Positions 25,931-38,189 of a stretch of DNA of 64,000 bases are shown here, piece by piece. Both the position numbers and the translations under genes were made by a program. The stretch's first letter is position 1; every line of letters begins with the position of its first letter. The stretch spans positions 124,001 to 188,000 of the forward strand of contig JAXLNO010005073.1 in NCBI GenBank assembly GCA_038087875.1, written 5' to 3'. The notes beneath the pieces were generated by a model. That model was not told the DNA's origin. It saw only the letters and a list, made by a program, of their open reading frames with translations, and made no database searches. This DNA is from Malacoraja senta (Eukaryota).

Positions 25931-27959
25931 CTCAATCAGAACATCACTATACATGTAAGAAGATTGACACCTACTCATCATTACAAAACAATAGATACTC
26001 TCATTCCCCAATGCCCTTGACATTTGTTATCCTCCAATAACCTTTAGAAAGATGAGGTTCCATGTCTCAACGCATCCAATGCATGCTTGAGCTCAGTAAA
26101 TTCCCATTTGCCTTTGCCGAAATAAGGTTTTACAAGATGGATTTTACGGTGACACAAACGCTTTCAACAGAAGTGATGTCTGAACCATGAGCAGGAAAGG
26201 AAGAGGGAGGTCCTGTAGTTTCATAAGACACAGAGTGAGACTGGGGAACTCAGTGTGTCGCCGTGCTTGGAGCTTTGCTGCCCAAGTCTCTGGACTCGTT
26301 CACCAGTCTCTTCCCACAAGGTAGGCGACCTTACTACAGGTTCACTTCAGGTAAAGGAGTGGTTTAAATGGGATCTAGAAACGGAACACCGTGTTCAATA
26401 ATTTCTAACGTGTGATATTCCACTCCTACAACCATTCATTAGACTTTTCCAGCCTGTTCTGCTTTAGATTTTACAAGGACATAGAAACGTAATGAATAAT
26501 GAAGAGAACACAAAATGCTGGAGTAACTCAGCGGGACAGGCAGTTACTCCCGCCCAGTTACTTTAGCGTTTATATTCGGTATCAAGCAGCATCTGTAGTT
26601 CCTTCCAACACGAAACTTTATCAATGTATATTTGTCTCCATTGTTTCCACTAGAAACTTAATGAAGCTAAATTACCAGCATCTGCCTTTTTACCCATTTG
26701 GGCTTTCTTCTTTGTTGCCTGGTCAATCTAATGTATCCATGCTCATGTGGATTTTATTTTTCCCATTTCTCCGGCAATCCTCTGGGACTGATTGAGGATG
26801 TTCAAAGTCCTCGCCGTTCTGTTGCCCACTCAATTAATTGTCTGACTAGTGAGGTACAAATGAGTTAAAACCATTCTACCGAGAAGCAGGAAGTAAGTGG
26901 GTCAAGAATGAAAATGTCGGCGTACAGATGAGTCGTTTCAGTCAAGGCAAACCGACTGAATGTGGTTGTGAAATCCCAGATTACAGCAGTGACAATATTC
27001 CAGTGGCAGATTCCACAGAGGAATGGTCCTTCCCCGTGTAATTGTGTGCGGTTAATTCTCAAATGGTCCGGTCCCAGGGTTTTCAAAGTGGCTGTGTTCA
27101 ATACAACACTTGCCAACTAGCAATTTACTGCAGCATTTCCTTTGCAAATTATTTAGTATTCCTGTTCCGTTCAAGATCACACGACGATGAAACATTCTTA
27201 AGTATGATTTTATAGATCATCACCACTTCAAATGGTGACATTTGTTTTAGAGAAATGCACGGTGGTTATGCGGGTTATTCTCGGAGGCTGTGAAGGTCTT
27301 GGTGCACTCTGTGAGGTTGAACTAGGAGAACACGGCAAGGTGCAGGAACAATTTGGATGCGAATGAAAATATTGGCTGGAGGTTCCTCCTTGAGTGAAAT
27401 TAAAAGCTCGGGAGAAAATTAGCATTCAATATTGTACTAAGTTTGAAAATAATCTATGATCCTGATGATCAAATGCACCTCATTTGTAACCCCCTAAACC
27501 CACCGTGATCTGATACATTTGGATATAGATTTAAACTGCAGGACCAGCTATAATGGTATATGGACATATAATGGTATATGGACACACTGATCTGTTTTGT
27601 AGTCAATGCCTATTATGTTCTGTTGTGCTGAAGCAAGAATTTCATTGTCCTATCAGGGACACATGACAATAAACTCACTTGAACTTGTGCTAAAGCTTTA
27701 ACATCGCTGCAAGGCGTGAATATTGACCATGTTCCCTTCGTTACAAAAGAGCAGATTCCCTCGTTATTTGCCACCCACTAATAGCATTTAATATAAGGAG
27801 GTTCCAAGTCTAAACGTATCCAATATATTTGTGACCTCAGGAAATTCCCGATTTAGTTTGTCCAAATTAGCTTTTACAAGATGATTTTTAATCTGAGGCA
27901 AACATTATCAACACAAATGGTGTCTGAATCCTGAGCTGGAAAGAAAGAGGAAGGGTGTT

Positions 27960-28067
27960 TGCCCTTCCAAAGAAACTGTGTGAGACTGTGAATCTCAGTG
28001 TGTCGCCGTGCTTGGAGCTTTGTTGCTCAGTCTCTGTACTCATTCACCATCAGTCTCTTCTCACAAG
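27960..28067 (+). other. Putative non-coding first exon (start approximate)
   Basis: Ends in AAG|GTAGGC. It is conserved with a second copy ending at 26320, the two copies differ by frame-breaking indels, and there is no ATG. Confidence 0.45.
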
Positions 28068-28289
28068 GTAGGCGAGCTCACTGCAGTCTCACTTCATGTC
28101 AAAGAATGGTTTAAAAGGTATCCACAAACTGAACAATGTTGGATGTCCTGTAAACTGTGGTTTATCACTCATTCAATCAGTTTGTTCCACTTTAGACTTG
28201 ACAAGGGCATACACACTTTATTAATCTCGTTTTGTCTCCTTTGTTTCTCACAGCTAAATGACCAGCATATGCCATTTTCCTACTGGTTT

Positions 28290-28520
28290 CAATAGACAAT
28301 AGGTGCAGGAGTAGGCCATTCAATGTTATCATGACTGATCTTCCACAATCAGTACCCCGTTCCTGCCTTCTCCCCATATCCCATGACTCCGCTATCTTTA
28401 AGAGCTCTATCTAACTCTCTCTTGAAAGCATCCAGAGAACCGACCTCCATCGTCCTCTGAGGCAGAGAATCCCACAGACTCGCAGCTCTCTGTGAGAAAA
28501 AGTGTTTCCTCGTCTCCGTT
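28290..28520 (-). mobile_element. CR1 3' tail fragment
   Basis: caatagacaataggtgcaggagtaggcc...; absent from the paralogous upstream module. Confidence 0.8.
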
Positions 28521-29012
28521 TCCTAGTCAATCTAAATTGAATACTTTTTTCCCGTTTCGCCGACAACGTCCTGGGACCGTTTGAGAATATTGAATGTCCC
28601 TTGCCATTCTGTTGCCTTCTCTGTTCATTGACTCACTAGCGAGGTCTGATTTAGTTGAGAATATTTTACCGAGTGGTAGGAGGTAATTGAGTCAAACATT
28701 AAAAAGGCGGAGTTCAGATGAATGATTTGGGACAAGGCAAACCGATAGCGGTTGAATATGGTGGTGAAATCCCAGATTACTGAAGTGACAATATTCTAGC
28801 GGCAGAGTCCACCAAGCGAATGTATTTTCCCCGTGTAATTGTGTGCGGCCAATTCTAAAGTGCCCCGGGGTCAGGAGTTTCAAACTGGCTGTACTCAATA
28901 CAACATTTGCCAACTACCAATTTACTGATCCTTAGTCTAAAACTGCACCTTATTTCCAAACAGAGAATGCACAAAATGAGGCCGAGGTTTCTCTGCAGCA
29001 GTTTGCCACTTG

Positions 29013-29058
29013 ATGTTCGGTTTCTTTGTTTTCCTGCTTCGACCTGTTTCCACACAGA
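29013..29058 (+). CDS. Leader exon coding part, MFGFFVFLLRPVSTQ (exon 28964-29058)
   Basis: Acceptor tatttccaaacAG at 28963 and donor GA|GTAAGT at 29059. The ATG at 29013 gives a hydrophobic 15-mer in phase 1 with Ig exon 1. Upstream ATGs at 28967 and 28976 are out of frame. Confidence 0.65.
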
Positions 29059-29157
29059 GTAAGTGCTTTCTCTTCGCTGGTCACAACCACCTTGCATTAA
29101 TTATCATTGTCCGTGTAAACCCGCACACATTGTCAATCTCGCTTTACTCTCCACGTC

Positions 29158-29690
29158 CATGAATGTGCTGCTGCCTCCCAAATCCACACCATCCTTCCTG
29201 GACCTCCATTCCACATCCCTGTATGTGTTGCTGCCTCACAAATCCACACCATCCTTCCTGGACCTCCATTCCACATCCCTGTATGTGTTGCTGCCTCATA
29301 AATCCACGCCATCCTTCCTGGACCTCCATTCCACATCCCTGTATGTGTTGCTGCCTCACAAATCCACGCCATCCTTGCTGGACCTCCATTCCACATCCCT
29401 GAATGTGCTGCTGCCTCACAAACCCACACCATCCTTCCTGGACCTCCATTCCACATCCCTGTATGTGTTGCTGCCTCACAAATCCACGCCATCCTTGCTG
29501 GACCTCCATTCCACATCCCTGAATGTGTTGCTGCCTCATAAATCCACGCCATCCTTCATGGACCTCCATTCCACATCCCTGTATGTGTTGCTGCCTCACA
29601 AACCCACACCTTCCTTCCTGGACCTCCATTCCACATCCCTGAATGTGCTGCCGCCTCACAAATCCACGCCATCCTTGCTGGACCTCCATT
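29158..29690. repeat. 60-bp minisatellite, ~9 copies, intronic
   Basis: Unit gtatgtgttgctgcctcacaaatccacaccatccttcctggacctccattccacatccct. Confidence 0.96.
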
Positions 29691-29900
29691 TCTGAGCCCA
29701 TCCCATCAACTCCCTCTCCTTCTCCTGCACCGACACGGTCCTTATCAAAGTCAGAAATGGGCTCCTGTGAGCTTGTTGCAGAGTTAAACTCTCCCTCCTC
29801 ATCCCGCTCAGCCTCTGCAGCCTTTGACACGGTTGTCCACACCATCCTTCCCAACATATCCTCACCACAGTCCAGGTGGGTGGAACTGCCCTCGACTTAT
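29690..29900 (+). mobile_element. Old L2-like RT fragment
   Basis: SAAFDTVVHTIL resembles the L2/CR1 LSAAFDTVDH motif. Confidence 0.5.
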
Positions 29901-30256
29901 CGATCCAGTCGCAGCCCGAGAACCACGCACAATGTCTTCACTTCACGCTCCCACAAAGTTCCTTGAAAACCAGGTGGAGTTCCTCCACTACCCCAACACA
30001 ACCCCCTATCCCCACCTACGTCTCCCTCCCTCCCACTCACTCACTTCTCTCATGTGATGAAATATCCCTGCATCAATCAGGCCAGGTTATTCCAGACGAC
30101 ATCTCTACACAAACCGTGTCTTCCTCGCTGGGGTTTCCAAGGAAGATCACAACTGTCTGGAATTAAATTCAGTTCAAAATTAATGATTACAGATATGGGG
30201 TGGATGGGGAAAATGTGTTTTAAATATTAATTCTTCATTGTTCGTATTCGCAACAG

Positions 30257-30598
30257 CAAATAGAAATCGAATGTATTTCTTGGATAATGGAGGCGACATT
30301 GTGTTCAACGGACAGGACAATGCTGAGAAAGACACTGTTGTTGCCTGGGAATGGAAACCACACTCAGGGAAGGAAATCGGAAAATTGTCGACTTTTAGAA
30401 GAACGGGGCGCGATTGGATCAAAGTGAAGGCCGCTGGCGAGAGTAAAGTGGACTTGTACCCGGAGATGAAAGTGTATTCCCGTACCCTTGATCTGACAAT
30501 TGATAAACCCACATTTAAATGGGCGGGAATTTTCACTTTGGCTCAAACAGAACCGAGAAAGCAAATCCTGAAACAATATGAAATATTTGGGATGAAAG
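30257..30598 (+). CDS. Ig domain 1, V-like, no canonical cysteines
   Basis: caacAG acceptor, AG|GTGAGT donor, 342 nt. Has the C-strand WEW, E-strand LDLTI and F-strand AGIFTL, and is homologous to domain 5. Confidence 0.85.
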
Positions 30599-31189
30599 GT
30601 GAGTGGGAGCGATAAGGATCAATAATGTTTAATTTATCTCTGTAAATATTGTCACCTATAATGATGAGAGATGGCGGGAATTGTGAGACTTCTTCCACCC
30701 GGTGAAAAGTTAAAAAACTGGGGAAGTGTTTTTGTTCATTGATTCTGTAATGATCAGCAGGGGTGATAATAGTTTGATGACTTCACTGGGAACAGCAAAT
30801 CAATGAATCGACCCGCAGCGAATACCATGGTCTTCTTGCCTGCACACGGTAAGGTGATCGCGGCAAGGTGGTATGGAACCAATGTCTCCATGCAGTGGCC
30901 CCGGGGTGACACTGCTACTTAATGTTACCCTGTGACCAGGTGGATGGAAGTCCATCGCCTGTGGAACATGGGCTCTGCCATAGAGTTCACCTCTTGAGAG
31001 CAATCAGATACACCTAGGAGTGGAAATAGATGCATTTTCAACAGTTTGTGAATATTTGAAACAGAGCATGTGTAAATACAACAACACCTGAATGTTGCCG
31101 GTTCCACCTGCAGTCACACGGTAAACAGCCGGCATTTCGCTGCGTCAATGTGAGCAGCCACGGGTGTCAGGGTTCTGAGAGCACTTGGG

Positions 31190-33115
31190 GAGAAGTTGTT
31201 CTGACTTTCAGCTACGTGTCAGCTTTAAGCCCGGTTATTGGATGAACCATGACATCCGCACTCTTCTGAAGTCCAGATTCCGGGCATTCAGGTCTGGGGA
31301 TGCAGTGGTCTACAAGAAGTTCAGATACGACCTTGGTAAGGCCATCAAAAGTCCAAAAGGGACTTCTGCTCCAAGCTGGAGGATGAGACGGATGTTCGGC
31401 AACTATCTTAGGGCTTGAATGCCATCACCTCCTATAAAGGCAAATTCAGGATGTAGCTCAAATGTCAGCGAAACATCACTCCCTGACGAGCTCAATGCGT
31501 TCTATGCACGCTTTGATAGGGAGAACACCGATGTGCCTTCCCGAGCCCCCATTCGCTGTGATGGTATTTCAGTCTCAGTCACAGAGGCCGACGTCAGGAA
31601 ATCCTTCAGAGGGGTGAACCCTCGATAAGCACCTGGACCTGATGGTATACCTGGTCGTGTTCTAAAAACCTGTGCGGACCAACTGGCTGGAGTTTTTACG
31701 GACATTTTCAACCTCTCACTTCTGAGGTCTGAGGTTCCCACCTGCTTTAAAAGGGCATCAATTATACCAGTGCCCAAGAAGAGTAAGGTGATGTGTCTCA
31801 ATGACTATCGACCTGTGGCACTAACACCTGTGGTGATGAAGTGCTTTGAAAGGTTGATCATGGCGCAAATCAACTCCTACCTCGACAAAAACCTGGACCC
31901 ACTGCCGTTCGCTTACCGCCACAACAGATCAACGGTGGATGCGATCTCGCTGGCCCTCCACTCTGCTCTGGACCACTTGGACAACAAAAACTCATATGTC
32001 AGGCTGTTATTCATTGATTACAGCTCGGCATTTAATACAATCATCCCCTCCAAGCTGGTTACCAAACTCTCAGATCTGGGTCTCTGTGCATCCCTCTGCA
32101 ATTGGATCCTCGACTTCCTCATTCACAGACCATAGTCTGTTCGTATTGGTGGAAATGTGTCAGCCTCGATAACAATCAGCACGGGAGTACCTCAAGACTG
32201 CGTGCTCAGTCCCCTGCTGTACTCACTCTAGCGTAGCCGGACATAGTGCGAACTCCATCATCCAGTTCGCTGACGACACCACTGTTGTGGGACAAATCAC
32301 TGATGGAGACGAGTCAGAGTATAGAAGAGAGATCGAGCAACTGTCCATATGGTGCCAGCACAATAACCTGGCCCTCAACACCAGCAAAACCAAGGAATTG
32401 ATTGTGGACTTTGGAAGGGGTAGGATGGGGACCCACATTCCCGTTTATATCAACGGGTCGATGGTGGAAAGGGTCAAGAGCTTCAAATTCCTGGACGTGC
32501 ATATTTCCGAAGATCACTCCTGGTCCCAGAACACTGATGCAATTATAAAGCAAGTACATCAGCGCCTCTACTTCATGAGCAGATTACGGAGAGTCGGTTT
32601 GTCAAGGAGGACTCTCTCTAACTACTACAGGTGCACAGTAGAGAGCATGATGACCGGTTGCATCGTGGCTTGGTTCGGCAACTTGAGTGTCCAGGAGCGG
32701 AAAAAGCTACAAAAAGTAGTAAACACTGCCCAGTCCATCATCGGCTCTGACCTCCCTTCCATCGAGGAGATCTATCGCAGTCGCTGCCTCAAAAAGGCTG
32801 GCAGCATCATCAAGGACCCACAACATCCTGGCCACACACTCATCTCCCCGCTACCTTCAGGTAAAAGGTACAGGACCCTGAAATCTGCAACATCCAGGTT
32901 CAGGAACAGCTGCTTCCCCACAGCCATCTGGTTATTAAACACAACTTCAAACAAACTCTGAACTATAACAGCCTATTGCACTTTATCTGTTTATTTATGT
33001 GTGCATATATGTATATATATTCTATGGTACATGGACACACTGATCTGTTCTGTATTTATGCCTTCAATATTCTGTTGTGCTGCAACAAGCAAGAATGTCA
33101 TTGTCCCATCTGGGA
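31190..33115 (+). mobile_element. Rex1/Babar-type LINE, broken RT, intronic
   Basis: ORFs 31770-32135 ([29 protein letters not shown]) and 32287-32961, with QFADD just upstream of the latter. Confidence 0.9.
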
Positions 33116-33170
33116 CTTGACCTGTACAAACCACTACTCACTCTGAATCTCATTGATCTGTTTTTCACAG

Positions 33171-33440
33171 TTGAGGCAAGTCCACAGAGGCCTCTGCTGG
33201 GCAGTGACGTCACACTCAGCTGCACCATCTCCAGACTCTCAGATACAGTCAGTCTTCACTGGAGACCCATGGACTCATCCCAGCAGAACAGGAGCAACAC
33301 TGATCAGATCCGCCTGGATAACACGGTCTATCTGATGGTTCAACACGTTACAGTGGGGGATGGGAAGCTGTATGTGTGTGATGTGCAGGAAAACGGAAAC
33401 ATTGTTCACACAAGTAATGGAGATTTTACTGTAGAGAACG
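33171..33440 (+). CDS. Ig domain 2, C2-type
   Basis: tttttcacAG acceptor, G|GTGAGT donor, 270 nt. Motifs VTLSC, LHW and LYVC. Confidence 0.92.
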
Positions 33441-34495
33441 GTGAGTGTAAACACCTCCCATTGGATATCAAGTAGACACTTGTATCACGGTGCTTCTTGT
33501 AATATTATGTGTGTGCCCTGTGAAGAACTGTGGCAGTGACCAACTGCTCTCTAGTATAAAATGCTGCAATGATCAGGGAGAAGTTTACAGAAAGTCTCTC
33601 TCTCTGTGGAGCAGCTGCCTGCTTGTCTCTGTGTGACAGACACACAGCACAGGAGGGGGATGTCTTTCTGTAACCATTCTTCTGTCAAGTATTTTGTCAG
33701 TTTATCTTGCCATCAATGCTCCAGTATCTGAGACTGAGATACTGATACAGGACTCATGTCAAAGTGTCAGATAGAAAGTGTAGTCACCATGACAACCACC
33801 AGCACTTGCTGCTCACACTCACACTGGGGGTCCCGGCCCACACATCAGCACTGAACAACAATCCATCCCCTCTCCCCTCACTGACCCTTCTCTCCGAGTC
33901 TGGTGTTGCTTGAAGTGATTCCAGCTGCTGCAGACTCTGGCTTCGGATCAGCATTCAGCTGGGAGCAGGACCCGGGAACAGGGAAGGACAGGGAATCAAT
34001 GGGTGTGAATGGGAGAGGGATGGTGGGAATTATGGGAATGAAGGGACGGGAAGACCCGACCCACTTGAAGTGCCAACCTGTCCGGGTCAGTCCCCACGCA
34101 GGCATCCTCTGGGCTGCTTCTGTCCGCAGCCTGAACCTGCACCACCTCCTGCAGACAGACTGACAGAGACATTCACCTCCCAGACCGCTCTCGGGAGTCT
34201 CCGGGAGGTTTCATTCCATCCCGGGAGATTCCCGGACAGTCCGGGTGTGGGGGCGAACCGAATGTTGAAATGTAGAGTGGAATATCCAAACTTCACTGCA
34301 ATTTACTGCCGTACAGGACATTGTATTTTATAAAGATCTGATGAGTTTAGTGCGGCATTCATGAAAGATGTTACATTTGAAACTTAATCAGCTGAACAAA
34401 ACACCACGAATGTTTATAAGAATACGGTTGAGAATCTCTGTATGGCACGGTAACTGTAATACTGAAAGGAGTTATCCTCTGTCTCTCTGATACAG

Positions 34496-34837
34496 ATTTA
34501 TATAGGGAGAGATACACACTTTACCGCTCCAGCACAGATCACAGTGAACTTCACCTGGTTTGTTCTGTGAGTTATGGTGATAGCTATTCCCGTGCTGAGT
34601 GGACCTGGACACCTCATCACCTTCATCAACACAAAGTAATAGCATCTGCAAACCGTTCTCAGCCCATCAATGTCAAAGGGACCGACTTCAGGAATCGACT
34701 GGTGACCTCAGGGAAACCCTTCGATGGCGAGGATTTCAGTGTGAGGATTGTCCCCGTTTTGTTTCAAGATGCCGGAGTTTACGCATGTTTTCTGGAATCA
34801 TATCCATTTCTCACCATTGATCTAATCACAGTGAAAG
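34496..34837 (+). CDS. Ig domain 3, V-type
   Basis: tgatacAG acceptor, AG|GTAGGA donor, 342 nt. Motifs LHLVC, WTW, FSVRI and DAGVYAC. Confidence 0.93.
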
Positions 34838-34915
34838 GTAGGAGACAGAATGTTGCCACTGAGTTTACTGATGAACTTATTGTTTAAAATGTAAACAACC
34901 TGCTTGTTTCCACAG

Positions 34916-35176
34916 TCACAGCTGAACCGTCTGATGCAGTGACTGAGGGAGACACCGTTACCCTGACCTGCTCTGTGTCTCACGTCATTGGGTCAATGAG
35001 ACTGGTTTGGATCAATGGCGATGGCAAAAGTGTTGGAGAAAAGACACTGACTGTGGAAGAGAAATCACAGAGTCTGGTTATTCAGAAAGCTGAGAGAGGC
35101 AGAGGGAACTGGAGATGTGGTTTGTTTCATCAAGACCTGCCCCGGCTTTTTGTCCCGTACTATCAGGAGCCCCGTG
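34916..35176 (+). CDS. Ig domain 4, C2-type with WxC F-strand
   Basis: tttccacAG acceptor, G|GTAAGT donor, 261 nt. Motifs VTLTC, LVW and GNWRC. Confidence 0.93.
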
Positions 35177-36186
35177 GTAAGTGATAAGGGTTTGTTCTTC
35201 ATACTTAGAGTCATGATTGAGTTTTGATGTCGCTTATTGATCCTGAAATTTGAGTGGAATATTTTCTTCCAGTTTGAGTAGTCTAACTGTTATGATCAAT
35301 GAATTCTCAAATTTCAAATAACACTTCCCGAACCCCACTTATCCCCCCCCCCCTTCATTGTGCACGCATTTATCCCACCACCCAGTTATCCTATTCTCTT
35401 CCCTTCCTCTTTCAACTCATCTCCCACCCCTTCCAATTGCAGAGTTTTCCTTTTATGTTCTTGCTCCACTTCCACCCATATCCCTCCCTCTGTTACTGAT
35501 CTGACTGTAGATCAGTCAGTATTAGTTGACCTGATCTATGTCATGTTTTACTGCATGCCGCTGTGTACTCAAACAGTCATCATATTATCTGGTCTGTTAG
35601 TCCAGCCTCTAGTTAGATTCGTTGCTGAGCTTGAGCTTACAACACCTAAGTATTTGAGCTCTGTGTGTTTACTATAACAAACAACTTCTTCTTATGTATG
35701 GATCCTGTTATTACACATGTTTACACTGACAACCTTTTGTCTCCATTTCACCCCTCCATTTTGTCATTATCTCCATCCATCTACTCATCACCATTCCCCA
35801 CCTGTATCCACCTATCACTCACCATGCTTTGTCTCGTGCCTACTTCCCTTCCCCAGTTGTCACTCTCCCATTCCATCAGTCTGAGAATGCATCCTGACAT
35901 GAAACGTCATCAATCCATTCCCTCCACAGATGCTGCCTGACCCATTGAGTTTCTCCAACACTTTGCGTTTGATCAACATTCCACAATCTGCAGTTTCTTG
36001 TGTCTCCATGGAGACCCACTGGTCAACGTGGACAGATTGCTGCAGAGGGCCTGTTTCCCTGCTGTTCCATGATGATGAATTATAACGTACAACTTAGTAA
36101 AGATTAATTCTCTGCAATATTGCTACTGACAAGGTCAGTGAAAAATTATTGTCCAACATTTACACATTTGTTCTCTTTTCCTACAG

Positions 36187-36531
36187 GAAGTGGACATTAT
36201 ATGTACTTTTTCCATCAGGAAGGCAACTTTGTATTGAAAGGACCAGACAGTCCTGGAAATGGCCCCATTGACTTGGAATGGAGGCCACACTCAGGGCAAC
36301 AAACCACAAAGCGATTGGCCACTTTCCACAGAGAAGATCAGCAGTGGGACGTACAATGGAGTGATGAGTACATTCAAATACCAGGCATTTCCCAGAGGAT
36401 GCATGCGGACTGGGGTACCCTTAATCTGAGGATCAGGATGCCCACATTCAAACTTGCAGGACTGTTCACCTGGACTCAAACAGAGTCCGCTGGGAAAATC
36501 CTGAGACAGTGGGAACTATTTGGGATCAAAG
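36187..36531 (+). CDS. Ig domain 5, V-like, no canonical cysteines
   Basis: ttttcctacAG acceptor, AG|GTAATA donor, 345 nt. Motifs LEW, LNLRI and AGLFTW; paralog of domain 1 (shared W[K/R]PHSG and TF). Confidence 0.9.
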
Positions 36532-37142
36532 GTAATAGAGTCATAGTGTCACACAGCACTGAAACAGGCCCTTTGGCCCAATTCATCCATACTGACCAAC
36601 TACCCATCTAAACATCCCATTTGCCCTCATTTGGCCCATATCCCTTCAACCTTTTTTACATCTACCTGTTTAAATGCCCTTTAAATGCTGTACCTGCATC
36701 AAACACTTCCTCTGCTCGATCTTTCCATAAAGTATGTTTAGGTACCACACTCTTTGTCAAAACTGCCCCTAATATTAAGGGGTATATCAAATCTGCCCCT
36801 CTCACCTTAAACATGTACTAACTAGTTGTTGATTCCCCAACCCTGGACAAAAGACCATGTGCGTTTACTATAGATATGCCTCTCATGATTTTATTCACTC
36901 CCATATAATCTCTGTTAAAGACATCCAAGAAATATAATGTCTGAAGAAGGGTCTCAACCTGAAACGTCACCTATCCATGTTCTCTAGAGTTCAAAGGTCT
37001 TTTATTGTCACGTGTACCAATTAAGGGGCAGTGATATTCATATTACCAGACCTGCTGAATTACTCCTGCACTTTATGTCCTTTTATATATTAACCAGCAT
37101 CTGCAGTTCTGTGTTTCTACTATACTAAAAACATCCCTACCT

Positions 37143-37470
37143 GGAAGTGTTGATGTGGGAGACGAGGGGGCGAGGGGGACAGGTGGTCACTACCAGGAAG
37201 TGTTGATGTGGGAGACGAGGGGGCGAGGGGACAGGTGGTCACTACCAGGAAGTGTTGATGTGGTAGACGAGGGGGTGAGGGGGACAGGTGGTCACTACCA
37301 GGAAGTGTTGATGTGCGAGACGAGGGGGCGAGGGGGACAGGTGGTCACGACCAGGAAGTGTTGATGTGGGAGACGAGGGGGCGAGGGGGACAGATGGTCA
37401 CTACCTGGAAGTATTGATGTGGGAGACGAGGGGGCGAGGGGGACAGATGGTCACTACCAGGAAGTGTTGA
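37143..37470. repeat. ~53-bp minisatellite, ~6 copies, intronic
   Basis: Unit ggaagtgttgatgtgggagacgagggggcgagggggacaggtggtcactacca. Confidence 0.93.
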
Positions 37471-37594
37471 AGACATCACTGAGCACGGTAGCTCAACATT
37501 CAGCCGACTGTCTGTCTGCAGGAAAAAGACAATTCTGCCCACAGTAGTTCAGAAAGCTGTTGGTGAACTGAACCACATGTGTCTGTTTCCACAG

Positions 37595-37867
37595 TTGAGG
37601 CCGACTCACCGAGGCCAGTGATGGGCAGTGACATCACCCTCAGCTGTACCATCTCCAGACTCTCAGATACCATCAGTGTTCACTGGAAACCAAGAGGCTC
37701 ATCTCAGCAGAACAGGAGGAGCAACACTGATCAAATCCATCTGAATAACGCCGTCTATCTGATGATCCAACATGTTGGAGCAGGAAATCCCAATCTGTAC
37801 ACATGGGAAGTGCAGGAAAATACCTCCATTGTTCTCACTGGAGACTCCAATGTCGAAGTGGATCAGG
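37595..37867 (+). CDS. Ig domain 6, C2-type, second Cys replaced by Trp
   Basis: tttccacAG acceptor, G|GTGAGT donor, 273 nt. ITLSCTISRLSDT is near-identical to domain 2; the F-strand reads LYTW. Confidence 0.92.
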
Positions 37868-38189
37868 GTGAGTCCAAAGCTGCCTTGCAGCAGGTATTAA
37901 ATAGATCTTGATATCAAACTGTTCCACATGTTGTATAGTGAGCACTGACTCCACCCGTGGGCTTCCACACTGCAGGATGTGGACATTGCCTTTACCCTGG
38001 GACATGGTGTAAATATAAAATGGTGGCACTAAGATTGATGGAGCAACACAGGAGAACCAAGGGATTCATTTCAGTTCACCTGTATGAATCAAAGAGAATA
38101 ATATCCAGTGATGGAAATAACATCTAGTTTTCAGTGTATAACAGAACAGGAAAATATGAACTAATTCAAGTATAAATGCAGTGGAAATA

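Larger units (their letters stand above)
24880..28930 (+). repeat. Degenerate tandem duplicates of the receptor's 5' flanking region
   Basis: Blocks 24881-25230, 25420-25560 and 27283-27780 are mutually similar. Also 26003-26380 ~ 27778-28130 and 26805-27130 ~ 28600-28925. Confidence 0.75.

Noticed and set aside
28008-28295. Signal-peptide-like VLGALLLSLC as the receptor's leader
   Set aside because: There is no in-frame ATG (TGA at 27981), its donor is phase 0 while Ig exon 1 needs phase 1, and the paralogous block is frameshifted.
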